NCBI GenBank assembly: GCA_964474695.1
Contig: CAYYTK010000006.1
Coordinates: 95,526 to 159,525 of the forward strand
DNA length: 64,000 nucleotides
Direction: 5' to 3'
From: an uncultured Anaerolineales bacterium
GTDB lineage: Bacteria; Chloroflexota; Anaerolineae; CG2-30-64-16
Under the pieces are notes generated by a model. The model saw only the letters and a list, made by a program, of their open reading frames with translations, was not told where the DNA came from and searched no databases. The translations under genes were made by a program, and so were the position numbers. Below are positions 43,490 through 52,800 of the stretch, piece by piece. The first letter of the stretch is position 1. Each line of letters opens with the position of its first letter.

Positions 43490-45131
43490 CGGCGGCTGCC
43501 TCGTTTTTGTTGGCGGGCGCGGCAGCTACGGTTTCGGCGGCATCCGTCGTTGCCGCGACAGTCCCCAATGCTTCGTGCATGGGCACACCGGCCATCATCA
43601 GACCGAGTTGCTCGATCGTAGCCTCATCCCGCTTGACGATGCCGATGATCTGCCCTTCATAAATAACCGCAATCCGATCGGAGAGCGCCCGCACCTCATC
43701 CAGGTCCTCGGAGATCAGCAGCACGGCTTTACCCTCCGCTCGCTGCTGGAGCAGGCGCTGGTGGATATACTCCGTGGCGCCGATATCCACCCCGCGCGAG
43801 GGTTGGGCCGCAATCAGCACCTTGGGCTTCCGTGAAAGCTCGCGGGCCATGATGGCCTTCTGAATATTGCCGCCGGAAAGGTTCTTAATGGGGGTTTCCA
43901 GGCTTGGCGTTTTCACGGCGAATTCGCTGATCAGCGATTTGGCATGCGCGGCCATTTTCGCGAAATCCAAAAAGACCCCGCGTGTGAACTGGGGCGCGGC
44001 ATGGTCCAGCAGGAAGAGATTCTCCTGCACTGAAAACTCCTTAATGGCGCCGTCGCGCATGCGCTCCTCAGGAATAAAGGCTTGTCCGGCCTTCAAGCGC
44101 CCTTGCACTGAGGCGTGCGTCAGGTCCTTGCCATCTACTGAAATGACGCCGGCCGTTACCTTGCGCATACCGCCCAGGCAGCCCGCTAACTCGCGTTGCC
44201 CATTGCCTGATACGCCCGCCATGCCCAGGATCTCACCGGCGTGAATCTCCAGGTCGATGCCGCGCAGCGCCTCTACGCCGCGATCGCCCATCGCGTGCAG
44301 CCCCTTAATCTGCAGCAGCGGGCGGCCCATTTCTTGCGGGGGCGGCGCAAAGCGTTTGATCTCGCGACCGACCATCATGGTTGCCAACTGATCGCGCGTG
44401 ACATCCTTGGTCGCGACCTCGCCGCTGTACCTGCCGTCGCGCAACACCGTGATGCGATCGCTGATCGCCAGGACTTCGTAAAGCTTGTGCGAGATGAAGA
44501 CCAGCCCATGCCCTTCTGCCACCATGCGTCTGAACGTCGCAAACAGGTCCTTGACTTCTTGCGGGGTCAGCACGGCGGTCGGTTCATCCAGGATAATCAT
44601 CCCTGCCCCGCGGTAAAGCGCCTTAAGGATTTCCACGCGTTGTTGCTCACCAACTGAAAGCTGCCAGATGTAGGCGTTCGGTTCAACCTTGAGGCCATAC
44701 TCTTCGGCGAGCTGGCGCACGCGCTTCCCCACCCGGTCGAGGTCCAACAGCGGCTCGCGCGAGGAGGGCAATCCCAGCGCCACATTTTCCGTCACTGTCA
44801 GCGTGGGCACGAGCATGAAGTGCTGGTGGATCATGCCGATGCCGGCGCGGATCGCGTCGGCCGGCGAATTGAACTCAACGGACTTGCCATCGATGAGGAT
44901 TTGGCCCTCATCGGGCTTGTAGAGGCCAAAGAGCTGGCGCATCAGGGTGCTTTTGCCCGCGCCGTTTTCGCCCAGCAGGGCATGCACTTCGCCGGCGTTG
45001 ACGTCGAAACAGACCTTATCATTCGCGAGGACGCCCGGGAAGCGCTTGACAATGTTGCACATCTCAATGCGCTGGATGCGGCGGTAACCGTGGCTATCGT
45101 TGAGCGTCTCAGGTTGAGATAACTTCGCCAT
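43470..45131 (-). CDS. ABC transporter ATP-binding protein with duplicated ATPase domains (BMP/nucleoside-type)
   Basis: Two sets of Walker A (GENGAGKST), LSGG/LSVGEQQ signature and Walker B motifs. ATG 45131 has an AGGAGAG RBS. The ORF-track TTG extension is rejected. Confidence 0.85.
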   Translation of the reverse strand: MAKLSQPETLNDSHGYRRIQRIEMCNIVKRFPGVLANDKVCFDVNAGEVHALLGENGAGKSTLMRQLFGLYKPDEGQILIDGKSVEFNSPADAIRAGIGMIHQHFMLVPTLTVTENVALGLPSSREPLLDLDRVGKRVRQLAEEYGLKVEPNAYIWQLSVGEQQRVEILKALYRGAGMIILDEPTAVLTPQEVKDLFATFRRMVAEGHGLVFISHKLYEVLAISDRITVLRDGRYSGEVATKDVTRDQLATMMVGREIKRFAPPPQEMGRPLLQIKGLHAMGDRGVEALRGIDLEIHAGEILGMAGVSGNGQRELAGCLGGMRKVTAGVISVDGKDLTHASVQGRLKAGQAFIPEERMRDGAIKEFSVQENLFLLDHAAPQFTRGVFLDFAKMAAHAKSLISEFAVKTPSLETPIKNLSGGNIQKAIMARELSRKPKVLIAAQPSRGVDIGATEYIHQRLLQQRAEGKAVLLISEDLDEVRALSDRIAVIYEGQIIGIVKRDEATIEQLGLMMAGVPMHEALGTVAATTDAAETVAAAPANKNEAAADVPSRA

Positions 45132-45150
45132 CTTTCTCTCCTGGCCTTTG

Positions 45151-45197
45151 TGTTGCGACAAACCAGGTTTCGCGGAGAAACCTGGTTTGTCGCAACA
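45151..45197. repeat. family-C perfect 21-bp-arm hairpin (TGTTGCGACAAACCAGGTTTC-GCGGA-GAAACCTGGTTTGTCGCAACA)
   Basis: Read directly. Lies between the SBP stop (45213) and the ATPase RBS. Confidence 0.9.
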
Positions 45198-45212
45198 ACT
45201 TCAGTCGAAACG

Positions 45213-46208
45213 TTACGGATTGACGACGATGCTGCCGTCCGTGATGCCCTTGATGGCCGCCTCGGCAGCCTGCTTGACATCATCCGGGAGCTTGTAAGCC
45301 GGGTTGAAGACGACCTTCAAGCCGCCGTTCTTGAGCTGCAGGGTGAATGTTTCGCCGCCCAGCTTGTTGGCCTTGCGATTCTCGATGATCTGCTTCAAGA
45401 TGCCGACCCAGTCATACTGCTGGCTGGCGACCACGATCTCGGGAGCCAGCGAGGCCTGGTCCTGTTGCGTGCCGAACCACAGCACATTACCCTTCTCTTT
45501 CGCCGCGCCGATCGATCCCACCACCGACTGCGAGGAGCCGGTCAACACGTCCGCGCCTGCGGCGATGTGCGTCTTGGCCGCCTCGGTCATCAGCGCAACA
45601 TCGGAGAAGGAGTTGGTCCATGTCTTGTTGACTTTGATGTTCGGATCAACGGAGGCTACGCCCTGTACAAAGCCGTCAATGTAGGTCTTCGCGTCACCCA
45701 CTTCGACAGGCCCCGTGACGCCGATGACCTTGCTCTTGCTCAGCTTCGCGGCCATCACGCCGTTGACGTAACCGCCCTCGTGCGCTGCCGGCGTATAGGC
45801 GTAAACATTCGTCAGGCCGAAGGTGTTAACGTCAGTGCCCCAGGCGAAGATCGTCTTGGGGAAATCCGGGGCGATCTCCTGGATCAAGGGGCCGTATTGC
45901 GAACCATGGCCGATCACGATGTCGAAGCCCTGGCTGGCATAGTCGCGCAGCGCGTTCCCGGCATCCGCCACCTTGAACATGTTTTCCGAGTACTTCAGCT
46001 CCACGGCCGACTCGCCGCCCATTTCGGCTTGGATCGCCTTGAGGGCTGACCACATCGACTGGCTGAAGGCCAGGTCGGTCGTCGCGCTGGGCATCACCAC
46101 GGCGATACGCAGCGCCTTGGCGGCCTGCGGCGCAGGGGTAGCCGCGCCGCCGCAACCAGCCAGCAGCGCGATCACCATGACAACAACAAACAACGTGCGA
46201 ACCTTCAT
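45213..46208 (-). CDS. BMP-family (Med/PnrA-like) ABC substrate-binding lipoprotein
   Basis: MKVRTLFVVVMVIALLAGCGG signal peptide with a lipobox. AAGGAGAAGG RBS upstream of ATG 46208. The long N-terminal ORF-track extension is rejected. Confidence 0.85.
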   Translation of the reverse strand: MKVRTLFVVVMVIALLAGCGGAATPAPQAAKALRIAVVMPSATTDLAFSQSMWSALKAIQAEMGGESAVELKYSENMFKVADAGNALRDYASQGFDIVIGHGSQYGPLIQEIAPDFPKTIFAWGTDVNTFGLTNVYAYTPAAHEGGYVNGVMAAKLSKSKVIGVTGPVEVGDAKTYIDGFVQGVASVDPNIKVNKTWTNSFSDVALMTEAAKTHIAAGADVLTGSSQSVVGSIGAAKEKGNVLWFGTQQDQASLAPEIVVASQQYDWVGILKQIIENRKANKLGGETFTLQLKNGGLKVVFNPAYKLPDDVKQAAEAAIKGITDGSIVVNP

Positions 46209-46240
46209 GCTACCTTCTCCTTTGTGATGGTAAGATTGGA

Positions 46241-47188
46241 TTAGTGTGCCCCTCGCTCGAAGGGCTTGTTGAGCGCCGCCGGCCCGCGCACCCGGCTCAC
46301 GGTGAGGGCCAACGCCACGATGGTCAATAGGTAGGGGAGCATCACCATGACATCGGGTGGAATATCTACCCCCAATACCTCTTTTCCCAGTACTTGCATC
46401 CACAACTGGAACGCATTAACCGTGCTGAAGAGCAGCGCGCCCAGCATGATGCCCAGCGGCCGCCAGCCGCCGAAGTAGACCAACGCCACGGCAATAAAGC
46501 CCATGCCCGCAGTCAGGTTCTCTTGGAACAGGTTGACCAATGCCAGGGAGAGCGATGCGCCCGCCAGCCCGGCCAACATCGAGCCGATGCATGTCGCGAT
46601 GTAACGCGTCCGGTCGACGTTCACGCCCAGCGAGTCGGCGGCGGCAGGGGTTTGTCCCACCGCCTTGAGCCGTAAGCCCCACGTGGTCTTGTCCAGAATG
46701 AACCATGCCAACGGCACGAGGAGGAACGCGCCATACACCGGCAGGCTTTGGTCGAAGAGGATCTCACCGATGTAGGGGATGTCACCCAGCAACGGGATCT
46801 TGACGGCCTGAAACCCTGTGACGGTCTTGACCGTGCCGATAGTCGTCTTGAACAGCAGGGTGGAGAGGCCCAACCCGAACATGTAGAGGCCGATGCCGCT
46901 GATGCCTTGCTCAGCCTTCAGGGTGACGCTGATGAATGCCATCAACAAGCCCATCAACGCACCGATCAGGATGCCGGCCAGCAAACCCAGCCAGAGGTTG
47001 CCCGTGTTCAGCGCCACGAAGAAAGCCCCGTACGCGCCCAGCAGCATGATGCCGTCGACGCCCAGGTTGACTACGCCGGCGAGCTCCGTAATCGCTTCGC
47101 CGATAGCGCCATACAGGTACGGCGTCGCCAGGCGAATGGCCGAAGTGAGGATGCCGATGATGATGGCAGCGGTAGTAAGCTCGTTCAT
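46241..47188 (-). CDS. ABC transporter permease (BMP-system, second permease)
   Basis: Polytopic membrane protein starting MNELTTAAIIIG. ATGA overlap with the upstream permease. Confidence 0.8.
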   Translation of the reverse strand: MNELTTAAIIIGILTSAIRLATPYLYGAIGEAITELAGVVNLGVDGIMLLGAYGAFFVALNTGNLWLGLLAGILIGALMGLLMAFISVTLKAEQGISGIGLYMFGLGLSTLLFKTTIGTVKTVTGFQAVKIPLLGDIPYIGEILFDQSLPVYGAFLLVPLAWFILDKTTWGLRLKAVGQTPAAADSLGVNVDRTRYIATCIGSMLAGLAGASLSLALVNLFQENLTAGMGFIAVALVYFGGWRPLGIMLGALLFSTVNAFQLWMQVLGKEVLGVDIPPDVMVMLPYLLTIVALALTVSRVRGPAALNKPFERGAH

Positions 47189-48321
47189 GACGCGGCCTCC
47201 GTCTTCCTTTTTGCCAGCGCGATGGCCCGGCGGGTTGCCAGGCGCCGCGACCACATCTGTGAGCCGATGACCAACAGCACGATCAAGCCCAACAGGGTGT
47301 CGATCAGCGCCGAAGGCACCTGGACCGCCCGCTGCATCATGTCTCCACCCACCAGCAGACTACCGAAGAGCCAGGAGGCAGGGATCAGGCCCAGCGGATG
47401 CAGGCCGCCGAACAGCGCGGCTACGATGCCCGTGAAGCCGTAACCGCTGGTGACCCCCTCCAGCAGGCGGTGCTGCACGCCGATGACCTCGATTACGCCG
47501 GCCAGTCCTGCGAACCCGCCGGCCAGCGTCAGCGACAGCATCTGGTAGAATGGCACCGGGATGCCGGCGTATTTGGAGGCTTCAGGGCTGAGACCCACCG
47601 CGCGGATGCGATAGCCGATCGTCGTGCGCCATAGGAAGATGTACACCACCACTGCCAGCAGCACCGCGACGATAGCGCCGGTATGAAGGAGGGTTTGCGG
47701 GATCAGGCGCCCCAGCCAGACCGCTTGGGGCAATCGTTCGGACTGCGGCAGGAACGTGCCTGCCGCCACGCCCGCCGGATCGATGAGCGGGCCGCGGATC
47801 AGGAGGTTCATCAACTGGAGGGCGATGGCGTTCATCATGACCGTGCTCAGGATCTCGTTGACATTGAGCCTGGCCTTGAGGATGCCGGGAATGAAGCCCC
47901 ACAAGCAGCCGGCGATGAACCCCATGACCATCGTGGCCGGGATCAGCAGCGCGCTGGGCCAGGTGCGGAACTGCAGGGAAAACCAGGTGGCCATCAACGC
48001 GCCGGCGATGATCTGCCCTTCGCCGCCGATGTTGAGCACGCTGGCGCGAAATGCGATGCAGATGCCCAGGCCCACCAGCAGCAGCGGCGTTGCCTTGACC
48101 AGCGATTGCGTGAAGCCGGACATGGTGCCGAACACGCCCTTGACCATCGTGCCGTATGCAGTCAGGGGATTGGCTTTCAGCAGCAGAAGCATGACTGCTC
48201 CCACCAGCAGCGCGATCAGGATCGCCAGGACCGGCATTGCTGCTCTGAGCAGGAGTCCCTGCAAGTCGAATGCCGGCTTGCGAACTGAGTTTCGGGTGTC
48301 AATGGCCGTATCTGGCGGCAT
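47185..48321 (-). CDS. ABC transporter permease (BMP-system, first permease)
   Basis: Polytopic membrane protein. GGAGG RBS. Confidence 0.8.
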   Translation of the reverse strand: MPPDTAIDTRNSVRKPAFDLQGLLLRAAMPVLAILIALLVGAVMLLLLKANPLTAYGTMVKGVFGTMSGFTQSLVKATPLLLVGLGICIAFRASVLNIGGEGQIIAGALMATWFSLQFRTWPSALLIPATMVMGFIAGCLWGFIPGILKARLNVNEILSTVMMNAIALQLMNLLIRGPLIDPAGVAAGTFLPQSERLPQAVWLGRLIPQTLLHTGAIVAVLLAVVVYIFLWRTTIGYRIRAVGLSPEASKYAGIPVPFYQMLSLTLAGGFAGLAGVIEVIGVQHRLLEGVTSGYGFTGIVAALFGGLHPLGLIPASWLFGSLLVGGDMMQRAVQVPSALIDTLLGLIVLLVIGSQMWSRRLATRRAIALAKRKTEAAS

Positions 48322-48517
48322 GGCTTACCTCCGAGGGTAGATGTGATGAACAAGGGAGTGCATCAGCAGTGGTACGGTGGTGTGGATGGTGAAGGCGAAA
48401 AGCAGGCGGTGGCTGGCAGGACGCACAGCCACTCAGGGGGGAAACGCTATTCGGGTTGTGGTTCTGCATAGGCGATTCGCTCCAAGCAGCAGCCATTGCT
48501 TGTTGGATCGGACCTGG

Positions 48518-48546
48518 AATCCTCAGACGTCTGACGTCTGAGGATT
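48518..48546. promoter_or_regulatory. 29-bp perfect palindrome (AATCCTCAGACGTC-T-GACGTCTGAGGATT); candidate operator
   Basis: Read directly. Abuts the -10 element of the promoter below. Candidate binding site for one of the two GntR regulators in the operon. Confidence 0.4.
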
Positions 48547-48575
48547 AGATTATCACGGATTTCACGAGTTGTCAA
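48547..48575 (-). promoter_or_regulatory. near-consensus sigma70-type promoter of the nucleoside-ABC / XDH operon
   Basis: On the minus strand: TTGACA (48575-48570), 17-nt spacer, TAATCT (48552-48547). About 225 nt upstream of the first permease ATG. Confidence 0.4.
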
Positions 48576-48708
48576 GAGGGTAAAAGAATGAGTTTACGAA
48601 GCTGGTCCGGCGGCACGCCCTCCGATGCCTGCGGGCACGCGACTTCGGAGGGCGTGTTGGGGCGCTGGGAAACCGGTCTCACCGCGGCGGGTGAAGTGCC
48701 CACCCGGC

Positions 48709-49704
48709 CTATGTCCAGCTACCCAGCACCTTCATGTAGTTGGCCCGCTCGAAAGCGGTGGCATCGGCCACATTGCGCTGGCTGAGTGCGCCTTTCATCT
48801 GGCCGACCGACTCGTACTCGTGGAGTTCCATCCATTGCTGCAGGCCGGCCACCATATCACCGATTTTGCCGACGCCTTGGCCCAGCAGCACCGAGGCCAT
48901 GGTCGCGATATCTGCGCCGGCCATGATGGCCTTGACGACATCTTCCGCCGTGTCGACGCCGGTGCTGAGGGCCAGGGATGCGTTGATGCGGCCGTAAAGG
49001 ATGGCGATCCAACGCAGCGGCAGGCGCATCTCCCACGACGTGCTCAGCACCAGGTGCGGCGTGACGGCCAACTCCTCCAGGTCAAAGTCAGGCTGGTAGA
49101 AGCGGTTGAACAACACCAGGCCATCGGCGCCCGCACGATCGAGCCGAGCAGCCATATTGGGCAGCGCGCTGAAGAACGGGCTCAGCTTCATCGCTACCGG
49201 GATTTTCACCTGCGCCTTGACTTCGCGCAGGATCTCCAGATAGGTGTTTTCCACGCCCTCGCTTGTTAGCTCTGGCCGCGTAGGGATCAGGTAGACATTC
49301 AATTCCAGCGCATCCGCGCCAGCCTGCTCGATCAGCTTGGCGTAACGCGTCCAGCCGCCGGTGGTGACGCCGTTCAGGCTGCCGATAACAGGGATGTCTA
49401 TGGCAGCCTTGGCCTTGCGGATCAGTTCCAGATAGTCGTCCGGGCCGCCCTGGTAGTCTTTCGCCTTGGGGAAGTAGGACGTTGCTTCAGCCGACATGAA
49501 AGCTTCCTGCTCAACGGCAAGATGTTGAGTCATAGCTTCAATGTCGATTTGTTCCTCAAACAGCGAATACATCGTGACCGCCGCTGCACCGGCATCTTCC
49601 ATGGCTTTGATACCGCTGAGGCGCCGCGACAGCGGCGATGCTGACGGCACAATGGGGTTCTTGAGCTTAAGGCCCATATAGCGAGTCGTGAGATCTAGCA
49701 CCAT
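48709..49704 (-). CDS. dihydroorotate-dehydrogenase-like / dihydropyrimidine-dehydrogenase PreA-like TIM-barrel flavoprotein
   Basis: FMN-binding barrel of the DHOD/DHPD family (...PVIGSLNG...GADALELN...) over about 330 aa. Confidence 0.7.
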   Translation of the reverse strand: MVLDLTTRYMGLKLKNPIVPSASPLSRRLSGIKAMEDAGAAAVTMYSLFEEQIDIEAMTQHLAVEQEAFMSAEATSYFPKAKDYQGGPDDYLELIRKAKAAIDIPVIGSLNGVTTGGWTRYAKLIEQAGADALELNVYLIPTRPELTSEGVENTYLEILREVKAQVKIPVAMKLSPFFSALPNMAARLDRAGADGLVLFNRFYQPDFDLEELAVTPHLVLSTSWEMRLPLRWIAILYGRINASLALSTGVDTAEDVVKAIMAGADIATMASVLLGQGVGKIGDMVAGLQQWMELHEYESVGQMKGALSQRNVADATAFERANYMKVLGSWT

Positions 49705-49729
49705 TAGATCGCTCCTCTCTTGATGGAAG

Positions 49730-49875
49730 GTGACAAATCGGCAGATTGGTGAACCAATGCATCAATCCATCGGCGTCCTGCTATTAGAAACTGGTGGATC
49801 GGCAACTTGCCATCAAGAATGCCGGATCCACCAGTTCACGCATCTACCAGTTTACCACTCTACCGGTCTACCAGT
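49730..49875. repeat. diverged family-B-like region: 14-bp-arm hairpin (CTGGTGGATCGGCA...TGCCGGATCCACCAG, 49791-49834) plus CTACCAGT-type units
   Basis: Read directly. Intergenic between the PFOR stop and the DHOD-like start. Confidence 0.75.
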
Positions 49876-52800
49876 TCACTCTTTCGCGAAGCTCAGCGCC
49901 GCCATCTGCTCCAACTGGCGCCAGCGTGCCAAGACATCCTCTTGGGCCAGGTTGAGCAGCATCTCGGCATGTTCCTCGTCGCGCTTGGCCAACGAGCTGT
50001 AGCGGGTCTCCCGGTAGACGTAATCTTTCAGCGGGATTTTCGGCGCCTTGGAATCCAACGACAGCGGGTTCTTGCCTGCGGCCGCGCTGGTCGGATTATA
50101 GCGGTAGAGCGGCCAGGCGGCGCTGTCCACGGCCAGCTTTTGTTGGCCCATGCCCAAGGTCATGTTGATGCCATGCGCGATGCAGTGGCTGTAGGCGATA
50201 ATCAGGCTGGGGCCAGGGTATGCCTCAGCTTCCAGAAACGCTTTGACAGTCTGGGCATCGTTGGCGCCCATGGCCACCTGGGCGACGTAAATCGTCCCCT
50301 GGCTCATGGCGATGGCGCCCAGGTCTTTCTTGGAAATCGGCTTGCCGCCGGCTGCGAAGCGGGCCACCGCAGCGCGCGGGGTTGCCTTCGACGCCTGGCC
50401 GCCGGTGTTGGAGTAGACCTGCGTATCGAGCACCAGGACATTGATATCCAGCCCTGATGCCAACACATGATCCAGGCCGCCGTAGCCGATATCATAGGCC
50501 CAGCCGTCGCCGCCCATGATCCACACGCTGCGCTTCACCAGCATGTCGGCGATGCTGTTGAGCTGCGCGGCCCACGAGTCGGTCAGGCCCGCGAGCTTCG
50601 TCTTGAGCTCGACAACGCGGGCGCGCTGTTCGGCGATGCCTTTCTCACTGCTCTGATCGGCGGACAGCAGCCCGTCGACGAGCGCATCCCCTAACTCAGC
50701 GCGGTGTGTTTGGGCAAGCTCGCGCGCGAACTCATTGTGCTTGTCGACGGTCAAACGGAAGCCCATGCCGAACTCGGCATTATCTTCGAAGAGGCTGTTG
50801 GACCACGCCGGGCCGCGGCCTTCCTTATCCTGCGCCCAAGGCGTCGTCGGCAGGTTGCCGCCGTAGATGGAAGAGCAGCCGGTTGCATTGGCGACGATAG
50901 CGCGATCGCCGAAGAGTTGGCTGACCAGCTTGACATAGGGGGTCTCGCCGCAGCCTGAGCATGCGCCGGAGAACTCAAAGAGCGGTTGGAGCAATTGCGA
51001 ATTCTTGACGCTGTTCAGCGGGATCACCGTGCGGTCCAGCTCAGGCAGATCCAGGAAGAACTTGAAGTTGGCGCGCTCGGCGAAGCGGAGCGGCAGTTGG
51101 GGCTCCATGTTGATCGCCTTGTGCTTGGGTTCGCTCTTGCTCTTGGCCGGGCAGTTCTCAACACACAGGGCGCAGCCGGTGCAGTCTTCCGGCGCGACCT
51201 GGACGGTGTACTTCATGCCGGGCAGATCGCGGCTCTTGTAATCCACCGCCTTATAGGTCTCGGGCGCGCCGGCCAGGCTCTCCGGCGGGTAGACCTTGGT
51301 GCGGATGGCCGCGTGCGGGCACACCAGCGCGCACTTGCCGCACTGGATGCAGATCGAGGGATCCCAAACCGGAATTTCCAGCGCCAGGTTGCGTTTTTCC
51401 CACTGCGTGGTCGCCGTGGGCCAGGTGCCATCCACCGGGAACGCCGAAACAGGCAAGTTCTCGCCCTCGCCGAAGATGATCCGCGCCGTGACATCCTTGA
51501 CGAACGCCGGCGCCTCGTCGGAGACCGGCGACTCCCTCTTGAGCTTGCTGGTGACCTCGTTCGGGTACTTTACCTCGTACAGGTGCGTCAGCGTGTGATC
51601 TACGGCCGCGAAGTTCTGCTGCACCACCACCTCGCCGCGCTTGCCGTACGTATGGCGGATCGACTCCTTGATCTTCGCGATCGCCTCATCCTTGGGCAGC
51701 ACGCCGGAGATGGCGAAGAAGCAGGTCTGCATGATGGTGTTGATGCGGCCGCCCATGCCGGTCGCCTGCGCAACGCCGACCGCGTCGATGACGTAGAACT
51801 TCAGCTTCTTTTCGATGATCTGCGCCTGCACTTCCTGCGGGATACGATCCCAGACCTCATCCGGGCCGTAGGGGCTGGCGAGCAGGAAGGTCGCGCCCAC
51901 CTCCGCCTTGGCCAGCACGTTGACGCGCTCCAGGAAGGTCCACTGATGGCAGGCGATGAAGTTGGCGGACTCGATCAGGTTGGACAGGCGGATCGGCTCC
52001 GGGCCGAAGCGCAGGTGCGAGGTTGTGACCGTGCCGGCCTTCTTCGAGTCATAGTAGAAGTAGCCCTGGGCGTAGTTGTCGGTTTCCTGGCCGATGATGC
52101 GGATGGAGTTGTGGTTTGCGCCCACCGTGCCATCCGATCCCAGGCCGTAGAACAGCGCGCGCACGGCCCGCTTCGACTCGATGCTGTAGGTGGGGTCGTA
52201 GGCCAGGCTGGTGTGAGTGACATCGTCGTTGATACCGACGGTGAAGTGGTTCTTCGGAGTGCCTGCCGCCATGTTGTCGAACACGCCCTTGACCATCGCC
52301 GGCGTGAATTCCTTGCTGGCCAACCCGTAGCGCCCGCCCAGCACCTTGAATGTGCGGCCCATCTCGGCCGCGGCGGTCACGACGTCCTGGTAGAGCGGTT
52401 CGCCCGCGCTGCCCGGTTCCTTGCAGCGATCGAGCGCCGTCACGATCTTCGCGCTCGCCGGGATCGCGGCCATCAGGAGCTCGGCGCTGAACGGCCGGAA
52501 GAGATGCACCTTCACCACGCCGACCTTCTCGCCGCAGCAGCCGGCCAGGTCATCCACTGTACCGTGTGCAATATCCGCCGCGGAGCCCATCAGGACCAAA
52601 ACGCGCTCTGCATCGGGTGCGCCGACGTAATCGAAAAGCTGATACTGGCGGCCGGTCAGCTTGGCGAACTTATCCATCTCGTCCTGGACGATGGTCGGAA
52701 CGGCCAGGTAATACGAATTGGCCGCCTCACGCGCCTGGAAGTAGACGTCGGGGTTCTGGGCCGTGCCGCGGATGATCGGGCGTTCGGGATTCAGCGCACG

